Assembly (NCBI GenBank): GCA_016618085.1
Contig: JABLTG010000012.1
Coordinates: 62,001-126,000, forward strand
Reading direction: 5' to 3'
DNA length: 64,000 nucleotides
Source: Neovahlkampfia damariscottae
Taxonomy: Eukaryota
Part shown: piece by piece, positions 50,876-62,218 of the stretch
Numbering within the stretch: position 1 is the first letter of the stretch
How the letters are laid out: each line of letters starts with the position of its first letter
Position numbers and translations under genes: made by a program
Notes under the pieces: generated by a model
The model's database searches: none
Told to the model about the DNA's origin: nothing
Seen by the model: the letters and a program-made list of their open reading frames with translations, nothing else

Positions 50876-51847
50876 ATGAAAAATCTTGTTGGTGTGGAGT
50901 GTGGAGGCACTTCTTTCAAAGTATCATTTGCACAAGATGAACCTACAAATATAACAGAAACAAAAATATTTTTAACTTCAAAAGAAGATCCAAATATTAC
51001 CATCAAAGAAATTTTAAATTTTTTGAAAACAAAAAAATTCGATTCCTTGTAAATTCAACAATAAAAACTAATTTTATAGAGCAATAGCAAGTTTTGGACC
51101 TCTTGACCTTAACAAAAAAAGTCCAACTTATGGTTTCATTACTGTAATTGTTTTTCTTTTGTTTAACACTAGCTTTACAAGTCAACTCCAAAGAAAGTTT
51201 GGCAAAATTTTAATTTATTAGGACCTTTTAAACATGAGTTTCAAAAAGGTGATTTTCCTGAAATTCAATTTGACACCGATGTCAATGCACCTGCTTTATC
51301 AGAATATTTTTATGGAGGACATGGTTCTATTGAATCAACAGCATACATAACTGTTGGAACAGGCGTTGGAATAGGTTTAGTTATACAAGGAAAACCGATT
51401 CATGGTTTATTACATCCAGAAGGAGGTCATATGTATTGTCAATTATCAGAAAACGATTTGAAGAATAATTTCAAAGGTACTTGTCCATTTCATGGGAATT
51501 GCGTTGAAGGTATGGTTTCATCAGGATCAATTTGTGCAAGAAAAGGTATTGATCAAAATGAATTACCAAAATTGAAAGATGATGATGAAGTTTGGGATTC
51601 AGTTGCTCATTATTTAGCTCATTTATGTGTTAATATTATTTTATTGACCTCAGTTGATGTAATTGTTGTTGGAGGAGGTATTTTTCAAAGAAAAATTTTG
51701 TTATCAAAAATTCATAAAAATGTGAAATTATTGTTGAATAATTATTTAAAAATTTCAAAGTCAATAGAAGAATTAATTGTTATTTCGAAATTTGATTCAA
51801 ATTCAGGAGTTGTTGGTGCTCTGACTTTATCAGAAATGGCGCTTTAA
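50876..51847 (+). CDS. ROK-family fructokinase
   Basis: GVECGGTSF, SFGPLD, DTDVNAPA, YITVGTGVG, HPEGGH, CPFHGNCVEG. Confidence 0.92.
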
Positions 51848-52037
51848 ATGATTAAAACTATTTGTTGGTTTCTGTTTTTGATTGTTTTTTTGTAGATTTA
51901 TCAAATTATTTTGAATCGTGTCCGTTTAAATTCGTGTATTGATGTCAGTGTGATCGTTGTATTTCATTGGTTTAACATGAGATGACCAATCCAGTGTAAT
52001 TTCTGAAACACACAAGTTTTTTGGTGAAAAGAAGAAA

Positions 52038-53072
52038 ATGATTAAATTAATACTATTTGATTATTTAAAATTCAAAGAACAAAAAACAGTTGCCAACAAA
52101 GGTTTAAAAAACAAAAAAAAAAAACAAAAAAAACAATCTTGGAAACCAACATTTACAATGGAAATTACAAATCCAAAAATTCATCTTTTAAATATTATTC
52201 CTCTTTCAGATGCTAATTTTATTTTAGTTTTTAAAAATTTCATTGAAATTTGGGATGGAATACAATTTGAGATTATCAAAGTTCTTGAAACCACAAAAGA
52301 ATTTCAAACAGTTATTCCTTTTGAAAAAAATCAAATTTTCATTCAAATTAAATATAGTGGAATAATTTTGGATATAATGGAAGAGAAAGTCATAAAAGAA
52401 TTTAGTAGTATTGATTGTGTTTATCCAGGTATTCCAGGTCATATCGTTTTGAGAGATTTATCTGATGATTTATTCATCTATAATGGATTTGATATGAAAA
52501 AAATAGGTCAACCCCAGGACAGATATGATGGAGGATACCTTTTTTATTCAAATGCTATTCAATTTGCTCCAGAAACAGTAGTTCTTGAAATATCAAATGA
52601 GGAATTTTATTTTGATAGTTATTCGTTATATCACAACTCTTTGTTGACAGAATTTAGTGAAGATTTCAATTTATTCAACAAGAACACTACTCCACTGTCA
52701 GGTACAAAATATATTTCAAATCATTCTATAATCAAGGATTTAGAAGATGATTCTTTTTCAATTGAATTGACATTTAACATCATAATGCTTTCAAAGATGT
52801 TAAATGATACTGATCTACTTATTGGGACCAAAAATGATAAATTGATCATTTTTGATTTGAATTTGTTGAAAATTAAAAAAACTCTTGAATTAGAAAATTC
52901 GAAATTTAGCATGAGTTCGATGATTTTATTAGCAAATGGAAACGTAATAACAATAGTAAATGATTCAATAAATTTGTATGATGTCAAATTTTTCACTGAT
53001 ATTTCATTGAATATCAATTTTCTGAAGAGTGGATTGAAAAAAGTCTTGGATTTGAATTTTCATTTCAGATGA
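52038..53072 (+). CDS. Divergent WD40-like beta-propeller protein (intronless)
   Basis: IEIWD, LIIFDL, INLYD strand ends; ends VLDLNFHFR. Confidence 0.6.
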   Translation: MIKLILFDYLKFKEQKTVANKGLKNKKKKQKKQSWKPTFTMEITNPKIHLLNIIPLSDANFILVFKNFIEIWDGIQFEIIKVLETTKEFQTVIPFEKNQIFIQIKYSGIILDIMEEKVIKEFSSIDCVYPGIPGHIVLRDLSDDLFIYNGFDMKKIGQPQDRYDGGYLFYSNAIQFAPETVVLEISNEEFYFDSYSLYHNSLLTEFSEDFNLFNKNTTPLSGTKYISNHSIIKDLEDDSFSIELTFNIIMLSKMLNDTDLLIGTKNDKLIIFDLNLLKIKKTLELENSKFSMSSMILLANGNVITIVNDSINLYDVKFFTDISLNINFLKSGLKKVLDLNFHFR

Positions 53073-53333
53073 ATTGGTATCAATGTTGATAATTCTCCGA
53101 AAAATAAAATTTATTGGAAGTTATTGAAAACACTCCACAGGAAGGTAAATTATGATTGTCGTTAAAAAAATGATCTTACCTTAAACTTTGAGCTCATTTT
53201 ATCAATTGACCAGTCAATACAATTGTTGAATTTATCAATAAAACTGGAGGAAGCAGTATGCTGAAATAGCATATCATATTCAGCAAACAATTTTATACAT
53301 TTTGGTTTTCCCAATTCAAAATTTACATCAGCA

Positions 53334-53404
53334 TCCGATGTAGTCTAGTGGCAGGATATCTGGCTTTCACCCAGGCGACCCGGGTTCGATTCCCGGCATC
53401 GGAG
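53334..53404 (+). tRNA. tRNA-Glu (anticodon TTC)
   Basis: TCCGATG/CATCGGA acceptor stem, CTTTCAC anticodon loop, GTTCGATTC T-loop, downstream T-run. Confidence 0.97.
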
Positions 53405-53621
53405 TAAAAATTTTTGTTTTCAACAATGCATAAAAATAAATAAAATACTGAGACATTTAGCAATCTGCTTGCGTACTATGGAATAAATAAAGTAATTAAA
53501 ATTGAATAAAACTTTATTATTTTTTGTTTCTTTTGGAGCTGACACTTCAACCATGGAATTCTATTTTTATTTCATCTTCATCTTCTTTGTTAAATGACAA
53601 ATTGTGAACATTAAAAGTTGT

Positions 53622-53712
53622 GGACGAGACAGTAGATTAACTGATCAGTACTCCTTTTGTGGAGGCCATTATTGTGGTATAATTTTTTCGAGTTCGATTC
53701 TTGGGTGTGAAA
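53622..53712 (+). pseudogene. Degenerate tRNA-like relic (His-like)
   Basis: T-arm-like TCGAG-TTCGATT-CTTGG, TCAGTACTC and TTGTGG segments; no complete cloverleaf. Confidence 0.25.
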
Positions 53713-53777
53713 CATCATTTAAGGAAGTTTCCAATTAATAAATTCCACCAATCAAATCAATATTTAACTTTAGAAGC

Positions 53778-55246
53778 ATGAACAAACTTTCCTTGTCCAC
53801 CGTCTTTTTAGTTGGTAATGTGTTATTATTCACAGGTTTATTCTTTGTGGCTATCAAACAGTTTGAAAAAAGTGAAACACAATTTGGTTTCTTGGCAAAA
53901 GGAAATCCAAAATGCACTACAAAAATTGACCCAGTAAAAAAAAAAAAACCTAACTGCAAAAGGTAACTCAAACTGAAAAATTCCACAGAGACATGCACAA
54001 AGAGTTAAGAGATAGGTTAGTTGAACAATTTCCAGAAAAAAAAGGTATTTTGTTTGTAGAAGGTGCAAAAAGTGATGTTGAAAGACAAAACAGACAATTT
54101 TTATATCTAAGTGGTGTATTCCATCAAGTTTATGGACATTATATCGTTATTGATTTAGAAACAAAGAAATCAATTCTTTTTTCACCTGAATTAGAAGAAT
54201 ATGAAGCTATTTGGCATTTAATTTCAATTCCAACAAAAAAAGAATTAAAAGAGACTTATGGTGTTGACGAAGTATATTGGACAAATGAATTTGATAAAAA
54301 AATGAATGAAATTAAACCAATCAAAATTTTTATTGATAAAGATCAAAAATTACCATCAAATCCGACAAATGCTCCTGTCAATTCAGCTATTTTAAAAGAT
54401 CAAATTTATAAAATGAGATCAATCAAATCAGAAAAAGAACTTCAACTGTTAAAAGTTGTCAATGAAGTTTCATCCAATGCTCATATTCAAGCAATGAAAG
54501 AAATCAAACCAAATTTAAATGAATTTCATATTCATTCTTTATTTGAATATGTTTGTCACAATTGTGGTTTGAAGAACCAATCATATTCACCAATTGTTGG
54601 AACTGGAAGAAATGGAGCAATTCTTCATTATACAAGAAATGATCAAATCATCAAAGAAAATGATGCATTTTTAATTGATGCAGGTTCTGAATACTATGGA
54701 TATTCAAGTGATATTACTTGTTCTTATCCAGTTAATGGTAAATTTAATCTTCAACAAAGAACAATCTACCAATCAGTTTTGAATGTTCAAATTGCTTCAA
54801 TCAAACATATTAAAGTTGGTTTAACTTATGAAGAATTATTGATGTTTGCTCATAAACAATTATTAGGAGAATTAAAAAAAAACAATTTCGTAACTGGTGA
54901 AATTGAAGATTTATACAAATTAGAAATTCATCGTTTATTCATGCCACATGGTCTAGGACATCACATTGGATTAGATGTTCATGATACAACAAAATTGATT
55001 CAAGGTCCAATTTTACCAAATATGGTGTTCACAATTGAACCTGGTATTTATTTCTTACCATTTTTATTTGAAGGAGCAAAACCTGAACAAAAAAGACATT
55101 TGAATATGAATTATATCAAAACATATTATCAATTTGGAGGTGTTAGAATTGAAGATGATATTGTTGTTACGAATAATGGAATAAGATATTTATCAAAAGT
55201 TCCAAGAACTATTCCAGAAATTGAACAATTAATGAATAAAAATTAA
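53778..55246 (+). CDS. PEPD: Xaa-Pro dipeptidase (prolidase, M24B) with N-terminal hydrophobic segment; one intron
   Basis: ILHY, LIDAG..YSSDIT, PHGLGHHIGLDVHD, TIEPGIYF, GGVRIEDD. Confidence 0.92.
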
Positions 55247-55251
55247 TGAAA

Positions 55252-56607
55252 TTATTTTATGAATACATTACAACCGTTGTTGTTGTTCAAGTAGAATGTC
55301 CAACCAGATCGATTCCAATATTCTCCATACAACATAGAATGATAATCATCATCAATACCAGAATGATACCCATTTGTCAGATGATCCCTTGCACTAATCC
55401 AAGGATCTTCTTGAACACCTATTCTCTTACACCAATTCCTTGAATATGGTTGATCAAACAAATGACTCTTTTCAATTCTTGTTCCTACAATTCCTCCCCA
55501 ATGTTGATAAACAGAATCTTTGTGACAAATTAACCATTTTTTACCATCACCAGTGATGAAAAGAAAGTAAGTGAATGGTATTGTATCAAATTTCAAACTG
55601 AATGATTCATTAATGGTCGGTGATACTTTGTTGAAATCAATATTTCCATATTGTGCATTTCCTTTAAGTTTGTCTTTTGGATTATCCCATTTTTGCGATG
55701 GTTTGTGTCTTCTGACAAGCATCCAACCTCCTCCTTCGAAATTCATATCACAATAAACGGGTTTTGCGATTCCATCAACTAAAATAGAATAAATGCCGTT
55801 CGTTGATTCTTTGAAATATTTCATGATTGTTAAGGCGCAATCTGGACTTCTGCATACCTTTGGGTTGGTGAATAGTGGTTTCAATGATGGATTATATTTC
55901 ATTTCATCCTTAAAATTGATTTCAAATTTCACCAAACTCTTTTTGGACACTTCTAAATAATCGATGTAGTGAAAAATTTTAAATGAAGATTCTTCATCTT
56001 TGTGTTCATTGTACCATTTCATTGCAAATTCTAAAACGATATCCTCAGATGTCCTTAATTTAAGGTCACAAAATATTTCAATTATATTTTGAAAATCTAA
56101 TAACAAAGCATCTTTGAATGTTGACAATTTTTCAAAATGAACAGCAAACATATTGGAGCATTTTCTTTGTAATTCTTTGGAATTTGTGGCAATTGAAACA
56201 GAAAATAAATCAAATAAATTATCAAAATCCAAGTAAGAAATAACAGATTCTTCTGAAATGACTCTTAATTCTTCGATACCATAAAATACAGAGGCACACA
56301 AAACATCAATTGTGTTTGATTCATTTAACTCAATACCATCATGCAAATAGATGAATTTAAGCAAAACTTCAAGAGTTGAAGATTTTATGTCACCCAAAAT
56401 AATTTCTTTTTCAGTTGATTCTTTCATGCCATTTGAAAAAATTTTATCAAAAGTTTCACTAAAAGTTGACAAAATAATCCTGTGGACAGGATATTTTTTT
56501 CCTTCACATATCAAAGTAACATCACTATACTTTTTAGATTCATAAAAGTTTCGAAAATTATTTTCAACTTTTCTCACTTTTTCAAGTCGTCTTGATTTTT
56601 CGCCCAT
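55252..56607 (-). CDS. BTB-BACK protein with fibrinogen-like C-terminal domain
   Basis: YSDVTL..VHRIIL (BTB); SEDIVLEFAMKW (BACK); NGIY..VYCDMNFEGGGWMLV (fibrinogen-related motif). Confidence 0.85.
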   Translation of the reverse strand: MGEKSRRLEKVRKVENNFRNFYESKKYSDVTLICEGKKYPVHRIILSTFSETFDKIFSNGMKESTEKEIILGDIKSSTLEVLLKFIYLHDGIELNESNTIDVLCASVFYGIEELRVISEESVISYLDFDNLFDLFSVSIATNSKELQRKCSNMFAVHFEKLSTFKDALLLDFQNIIEIFCDLKLRTSEDIVLEFAMKWYNEHKDEESSFKIFHYIDYLEVSKKSLVKFEINFKDEMKYNPSLKPLFTNPKVCRSPDCALTIMKYFKESTNGIYSILVDGIAKPVYCDMNFEGGGWMLVRRHKPSQKWDNPKDKLKGNAQYGNIDFNKVSPTINESFSLKFDTIPFTYFLFITGDGKKWLICHKDSVYQHWGGIVGTRIEKSHLFDQPYSRNWCKRIGVQEDPWISARDHLTNGYHSGIDDDYHSMLYGEYWNRSGWTFYLNNNNGCNVFIK

Positions 56608-56977
56608 GTTAATTGGTTCAAAAAAAATCACAGAAAATAATTTTAAAAGTATTTGAAGCTGTCTGTTGACCATAAAATTGTAAACTATCAAAATATTCAG
56701 CTCAATTTCATGGAAGTTTTTTTGAACAAGAGAAATACTCAAACTGATCATAATTTTTTTTCAAAAGGAACATAATAAGATAATTGAGAACAATAACATC
56801 TTTGAGTGGCAGTTCCTTCTTCACAAAATTCTCACTTTATAAAAGGAAAAAAGGTCCTTGTCTTTGTAATACAAAAGTAAATGTACTCGAAGCGAATGTT
56901 TATTGGTTGATAATTCTATTTATGGTTATAATTCTCCGGTTCTACCGTAACACTCACTATAAAATCATGAACAAAAA

Positions 56978-58863
56978 TTACAATCCAAGTCTTTTATGTT
57001 TTTTGTCAAACTCTTTCAAAAGGTTTAAGTACATTTTAGAAAATTGGAATCGAGAAATGGTATCATTCAAGTTGATGTTTACAACTTTTTCTATTGGAAG
57101 AAATAAATCATCTTCGTGATCTCCTTCTTTAATCTTTTTTCCAATTTCATTCAACAATTTACTTGGACAATTTATCTCTAACTCTGATGCTCCAGGTATC
57201 AAGTATAAATTTTTTATCATCTCTGCAAGAATCAATCTGTCAGAATAAGATTTCAAATTTTGGTATTTTTCAACCTCCAGCTTGAACAAGATATTTTCAA
57301 CAGACCACTCTGATTCACAGAATTTTTGAAAGCAATCAATGATTTCTGGTGACATTACATAAGAAACCGACAAATCACTTGAGTCTCTTGAATCATTTGA
57401 TTTTCTGTAGGAAATGATTGATTCTTGAACAACTGTAATAAACAAAGCCTGCATTCCACCAGTCCATAAACCCATATGAACAGCAATATCAGTTATGATT
57501 GAGAATATCACCTTTGGTAAAGGGGCGAAAGCCCAAATGAGTGTCGGAAAAAGCATCAAAAACATTCCAATCATATCAAAGCGAAATTTATAAGGATCGT
57601 CATCAAAAAATACTTTTTTCCATTTACACTGAACAATAAATCGAAAATTCAATACAAAATCAAAAATTAATAAAAAAAGAACAACAGCCACACAAACACC
57701 AAACATTGAGAAATGAACCAATCTCATGTATTCAAAAGTCCCATTAGAACATTGGAAGTTCCTAGATGCATAAATAGAAAAAGTAATTGTGATGAAAATT
57801 GCACCCCAAATTAAAGGAACACCTGCAGTAATCCAAGGAGATGATAATATTTTTAACAATTTCTTTCGAAGTATTTTCCATCGATTTCGTAATATTTCTG
57901 AATTACTTTCATGAAAATTACGTTTAGATTTCAATTTTTTTATAAGTCTCCTCTTGTTGTTGTGTATTCTTAACAAAATCATGTAACGAGCCAACATAGT
58001 AACAGGAACTGATAAACTACAATTTTGTTGAGTTAAAAAAACAATTACGCAGATTGCAATGGTGCATAAGAGAAAAGCATAACTAAAATACAATATGGAC
58101 TTGTGTTTTCATATGTTATTATTGAAAATATAAATTCATTGATAAAGTTAACATAAACTCCAACAAATGAAATATAAGGTCCAAGAAATCTGCTTTTGAA
58201 AGGTTGTCTATTGAAATATCCAGGTATTATTAATGCCAAACATATGTAAAATATGAAAGTAATGGCAAAAATAATTGAATTATTTGCAGTAATTCTCGAC
58301 GATATATTCAAACCAATTCTACATACAGGTACAAAGTTATTTGTCGAATTGAATTTGATATTGAAATATCTACTAAAAGTGTTATGTTTTGGTATCACCA
58401 TGGTTCCATTTGACATTTGAGGTTCCAAAAATTTGTTTTGTGAAAATGATATAAAATATTTTCCTTTCAAATCTGTCGAGTTCATCCGAAAAGAAAAAGT
58501 CAACGTTCCATCTATTAAATTAGAGAATTGGTCATGAAATTTAGCTTTGAAAATTGTTTTCTTAAAAACTTGTGTCGTGTGATTTTTTATTTCCAAAATG
58601 TTGTTTGGCAAAAAACCTAATATAGAAATTGAATCTTCGAATTGATTTTCTTTTGATAATATACTAATGGCTATCCATCCTTTTCTATGTTTAGAGTGAA
58701 CAGTAAAAATAAATTCGTCTTGCAATGTGTTTGTGGTTTGTTTTTCAATTTTCACAAAGGAATTTTGCCATATTAAACAACCAACCTCCACTGTTTCAGT
58801 TTTTGAAATTGAAAAATAAGAGAGCAGCAAAAAAAGAGTGAAAATTGTTCTCTCCGAAAGCAT
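56978..58863 (-). CDS. Signal peptide + DOMON-like domain + 7TM + RGS (one 32-nt intron near 58017-58048)
   Basis: GWIAISI (DOMON-like), QPFKSRF, DDPYKFRFD, FCESEWSVENILF..SELEIN..DTISRF. Confidence 0.85.
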
Positions 58864-59227
58864 AACAAAAATTAGCCAATAAAATGCTTCCACCAGTCAG
58901 TGACATAAGATATTTCATCTTTAGATTATTTGACGGTATTTTTTCAATTTTGCCTCTAATCCCAAAGATCAAAATAGAACGATTTTGATTGGATACATTT
59001 TGCGAAATGAAAAAAAGAAAAAATAAAGAAAATGATGAAACTGTGGAAGAATGACCTGAAGAAATAGACTGGAATTGATGAAAGAACTTATCAATTCTTT
59101 TGATTTTCTGCTAAAAATTTGGTGCAAATGAAAAGATTGGAATTTTCTTTTTATTTTTTGTTTTTTTATAAATCTTGTTTTAATTCAATTTTATTTTGAA
59201 ACAGGCGATATTATTGGATGAGAAAAA

Positions 59228-60508
59228 ATGGAAGAAAAAATTTTGTTAAACAAACATTCACGTCTGGTGAATTTTCCAGAGTTAAATGATGACAAAGAAT
59301 TCGTGTTAAAAATAGTTAAATATGACCCAACTGCACTAAAATATATTTCTGATGATTTGAAAAAAGATGTGAAAATTTTAAAAAAAGCATTGTCGTTTCA
59401 TGGAGATGGTTTGAAATATTTATCACCAGAACAAAGAGAAAAAACAAGATTGGTTTATGAGGCTTTAAAATCAGATGGTTTAGCTCTTAAGCACACTTCA
59501 AAAAAATTTAACAATGACCCAAAGTTTGTACACGTTGCTGTTGAACAAAATCCAAAATCTATCCTTTATGCAGCCAAAGAAGTTACACATGATAAAGAAT
59601 TTATCAGATTTTTAGTCAAAACTTATCCAAAAATTTATGAATTTTTATCAAATGACTTACAAAATGATAAAAAAATTTGTGAAGCTGCTTTGAAAGGATC
59701 TCCTGAAAGTTTCAAATACTTTCCAAAAAATATGAGAAACAAAAAACAACTCGCTGAAATATGCTTAGCCAAAGATGGAATTCTTCTGGAATATTGTTGT
59801 GATACGTTGAAATCTGACAGACAATTAGTTTTAACAGCTATAAATAATAATTGTGATGCTATATTACATGCAGATCCATCACTCTTAAATGATAAATTGA
59901 TTATGAAATTAGTATTATCAAAAAATGGATTATATCTTGCCCATGCTCCTTTAAAAATCCAAAATACATTTGAAGCAGTTGAAATTGCAGTAAAAAACAA
60001 TGGACTTGCATTAAAATATGCAAAAAAATATCAAACAAAAATGGTTATTTGTCTTTCCGCAGTCAGAAATAATGGATTAGCATTGGAATTTGTTTCAACA
60101 GATGTCGGGACTGATTATTATTTCATTGTTGAAACAGCTTTGAAGAAAAATCCATTAGCCATCAAGTACTTTGATAAAGCGTCACTTCATCGATATTCTT
60201 ATTTTAAAACTTGGACTGAACACTATATCTTACCAAATCTAAAAAAATATCCTGAATTATTTTCTTGTTTTGATTTGAAAGAGCAACAAGATTTTTTCAA
60301 CACATGTTATGAACTGAATCCGTTGATATATGATTATTTACTTGATGAATTGGTAACTGATTTTATTTCAAATGAAACATTTCGATACATGAAGAAGCAT
60401 CGATTGGTCTATTCTCAAAGAATCAAAGATACATTTTTGAAACCAAAATTTGGAAAGAGTATAAAAGACCAAACAAAAACTAAAGAAATCAACTTTTTAT
60501 TCTTATGA
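59228..60508 (+). CDS. DUF4116-repeat protein (intronless)
   Basis: Repeats DKEFVL..V..D/NG.ALKY.S..L; ends KEINFLFL. Confidence 0.9.
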   Translation: MEEKILLNKHSRLVNFPELNDDKEFVLKIVKYDPTALKYISDDLKKDVKILKKALSFHGDGLKYLSPEQREKTRLVYEALKSDGLALKHTSKKFNNDPKFVHVAVEQNPKSILYAAKEVTHDKEFIRFLVKTYPKIYEFLSNDLQNDKKICEAALKGSPESFKYFPKNMRNKKQLAEICLAKDGILLEYCCDTLKSDRQLVLTAINNNCDAILHADPSLLNDKLIMKLVLSKNGLYLAHAPLKIQNTFEAVEIAVKNNGLALKYAKKYQTKMVICLSAVRNNGLALEFVSTDVGTDYYFIVETALKKNPLAIKYFDKASLHRYSYFKTWTEHYILPNLKKYPELFSCFDLKEQQDFFNTCYELNPLIYDYLLDELVTDFISNETFRYMKKHRLVYSQRIKDTFLKPKFGKSIKDQTKTKEINFLFL

Positions 60509-61207
60509 ATTCAACTCTCTGTTTGTTTCTCTATCCAAAAAATTTGCTCAGAAAAAGGTGCAACCATAATTTTGATATATGATAATGTATACCTCAATGA
60601 GCAAAACATATTCAAAAAAATCTGGTAATCATCTCAAACTTGAGAACTTGAACCTTTGCCCATTAAGTTGATATTCAAAATGCTGGTGTGGCCATTTCCA
60701 GCGTTGTTTATTAAAATGTGTAATGAGATTTTTTAGAATTTTTATTCAAAAAAAAATGGATATTGAGCTTGTATTCAAGGAACAGATACTCACATATTAA
60801 AGAATTTGACTTCAATAGATTGTTAATTTATGAGTTGGGATTAGTACAATATTTGAGACAATTGGAACAACTGTAAAGATTATTTGTCACACAAACCATT
60901 TTGGTTCAAATAATTGGATTCAGTTTTGATCTTGTAAAACCAAAATATAAGCATTTTTAATATTTAACAATACTTATTAACATTTACATCTAAAATAATT
61001 TGTGTTCAAATGAAACACATCTGAATGATTGGTTGAATGATCATCTTAATTACATGTCAGTTCCATTTTCTTTCTTGTAATTTTCTATATAAATGTTTTA
61101 TATATCATTTTCATTATCTTCTATACATGCCTTGGTTCAGTTGGTTGGAATGAAAACAACAGGAAAACATTAAATTCATTTTTGCGTTGATAGCTCTAAT
61201 TTTTCAA

Positions 61208-62157
61208 CTATTGATTCTTTATTTCATAAATATTTTCTATTGTTTTTAAATTGGTTCTACAACATCCACCTAATAATCGAACTCCAATTTTTTTCAAGTG
61301 CTCAAAATACTCGGTTGTTAAAATATTAGTTCCTTTCCAATTTCTTTCTACACCATCATATAACTCACCTGAATTTGGATAACAAACTAAATCTTTTTCT
61401 CCAATATTCAATTTTCCAATTTTCATCAATTCAACACAATGTTTTGGATTAGTGCAATTAACACCAACAGCAATGATTTGATCAAATTTAGTAACATATC
61501 TAACACATTCTTCGTATAGTTCACCATAGTTTGTGTGTTTTTCATCTTTGCATGAGAATGAAATCCACCCTCTAATTTTTGGAAAATTTTCTTGGATCAC
61601 TTTTAAAAGGATTTTAACTTCTTTTAATGATGGAAATGTTTCAAATGCAAATAAATCTGGTTTTTGCTTTAATAAACACTCAATTCTAAATTTAAAATTT
61701 TTTGTTAATTTTTCTTCCATGTTTTCTTCGTCAATATAATTTCCAGTGAATTCAGAACCATCACCCAAACAGGCACCATAAGGACCTAAAAAATAAGTTT
61801 TTTTATCAACTTACCAAAAGATGCAGCAACTAATGGTTTCATTCTTTTATTATGAAGGTGTTCATTTTCACTCCAAAATTTGTCTCTTGCTTCTTGACAT
61901 ATTTTCACACTAAATTTTAACATCTCTTCACAATTATCTGGAAATTGTATTTCTGAGCATTGATAACTTGAGGTTGAACAAATATCAGCACCTTTTAAAT
62001 AATAATTATAGTGTATTTCTGAAAGTAATTTTGGATGAGTTTCCAAGCATCCACAAGACCATTTTATAGGATCTAATGTTAAATTATAATCATCTTCTAA
62101 AGTTGTCCCAAGTCCACCATCTAAAAGTATTGTTTCTTGTTCTTTTGGAAATTGCAT
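61208..62157 (-). CDS. mmuM: Homocysteine S-methyltransferase
   Basis: LLDGGLGT, GADI..SSYQ, SFGPYG, AFETFP, GVNC, YPNSGE, GGCCRT. Confidence 0.93.
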
Positions 62158-62218
62158 CGGAATATCTTTTGACCAATAAAATCAATTCAAACTTTCTATT
62201 GAAGTTAAATACAAAACT

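Noticed and set aside
58017..58093. Apparent frameshift in the 7TM-RGS gene
   Set aside because: Resolved by a 32-nt GT-AG intron
60509..61207. Long spacer between convergent genes, with a small GCTGG/CCAGC stem
   Set aside because: No convincing ORF or RNA motif
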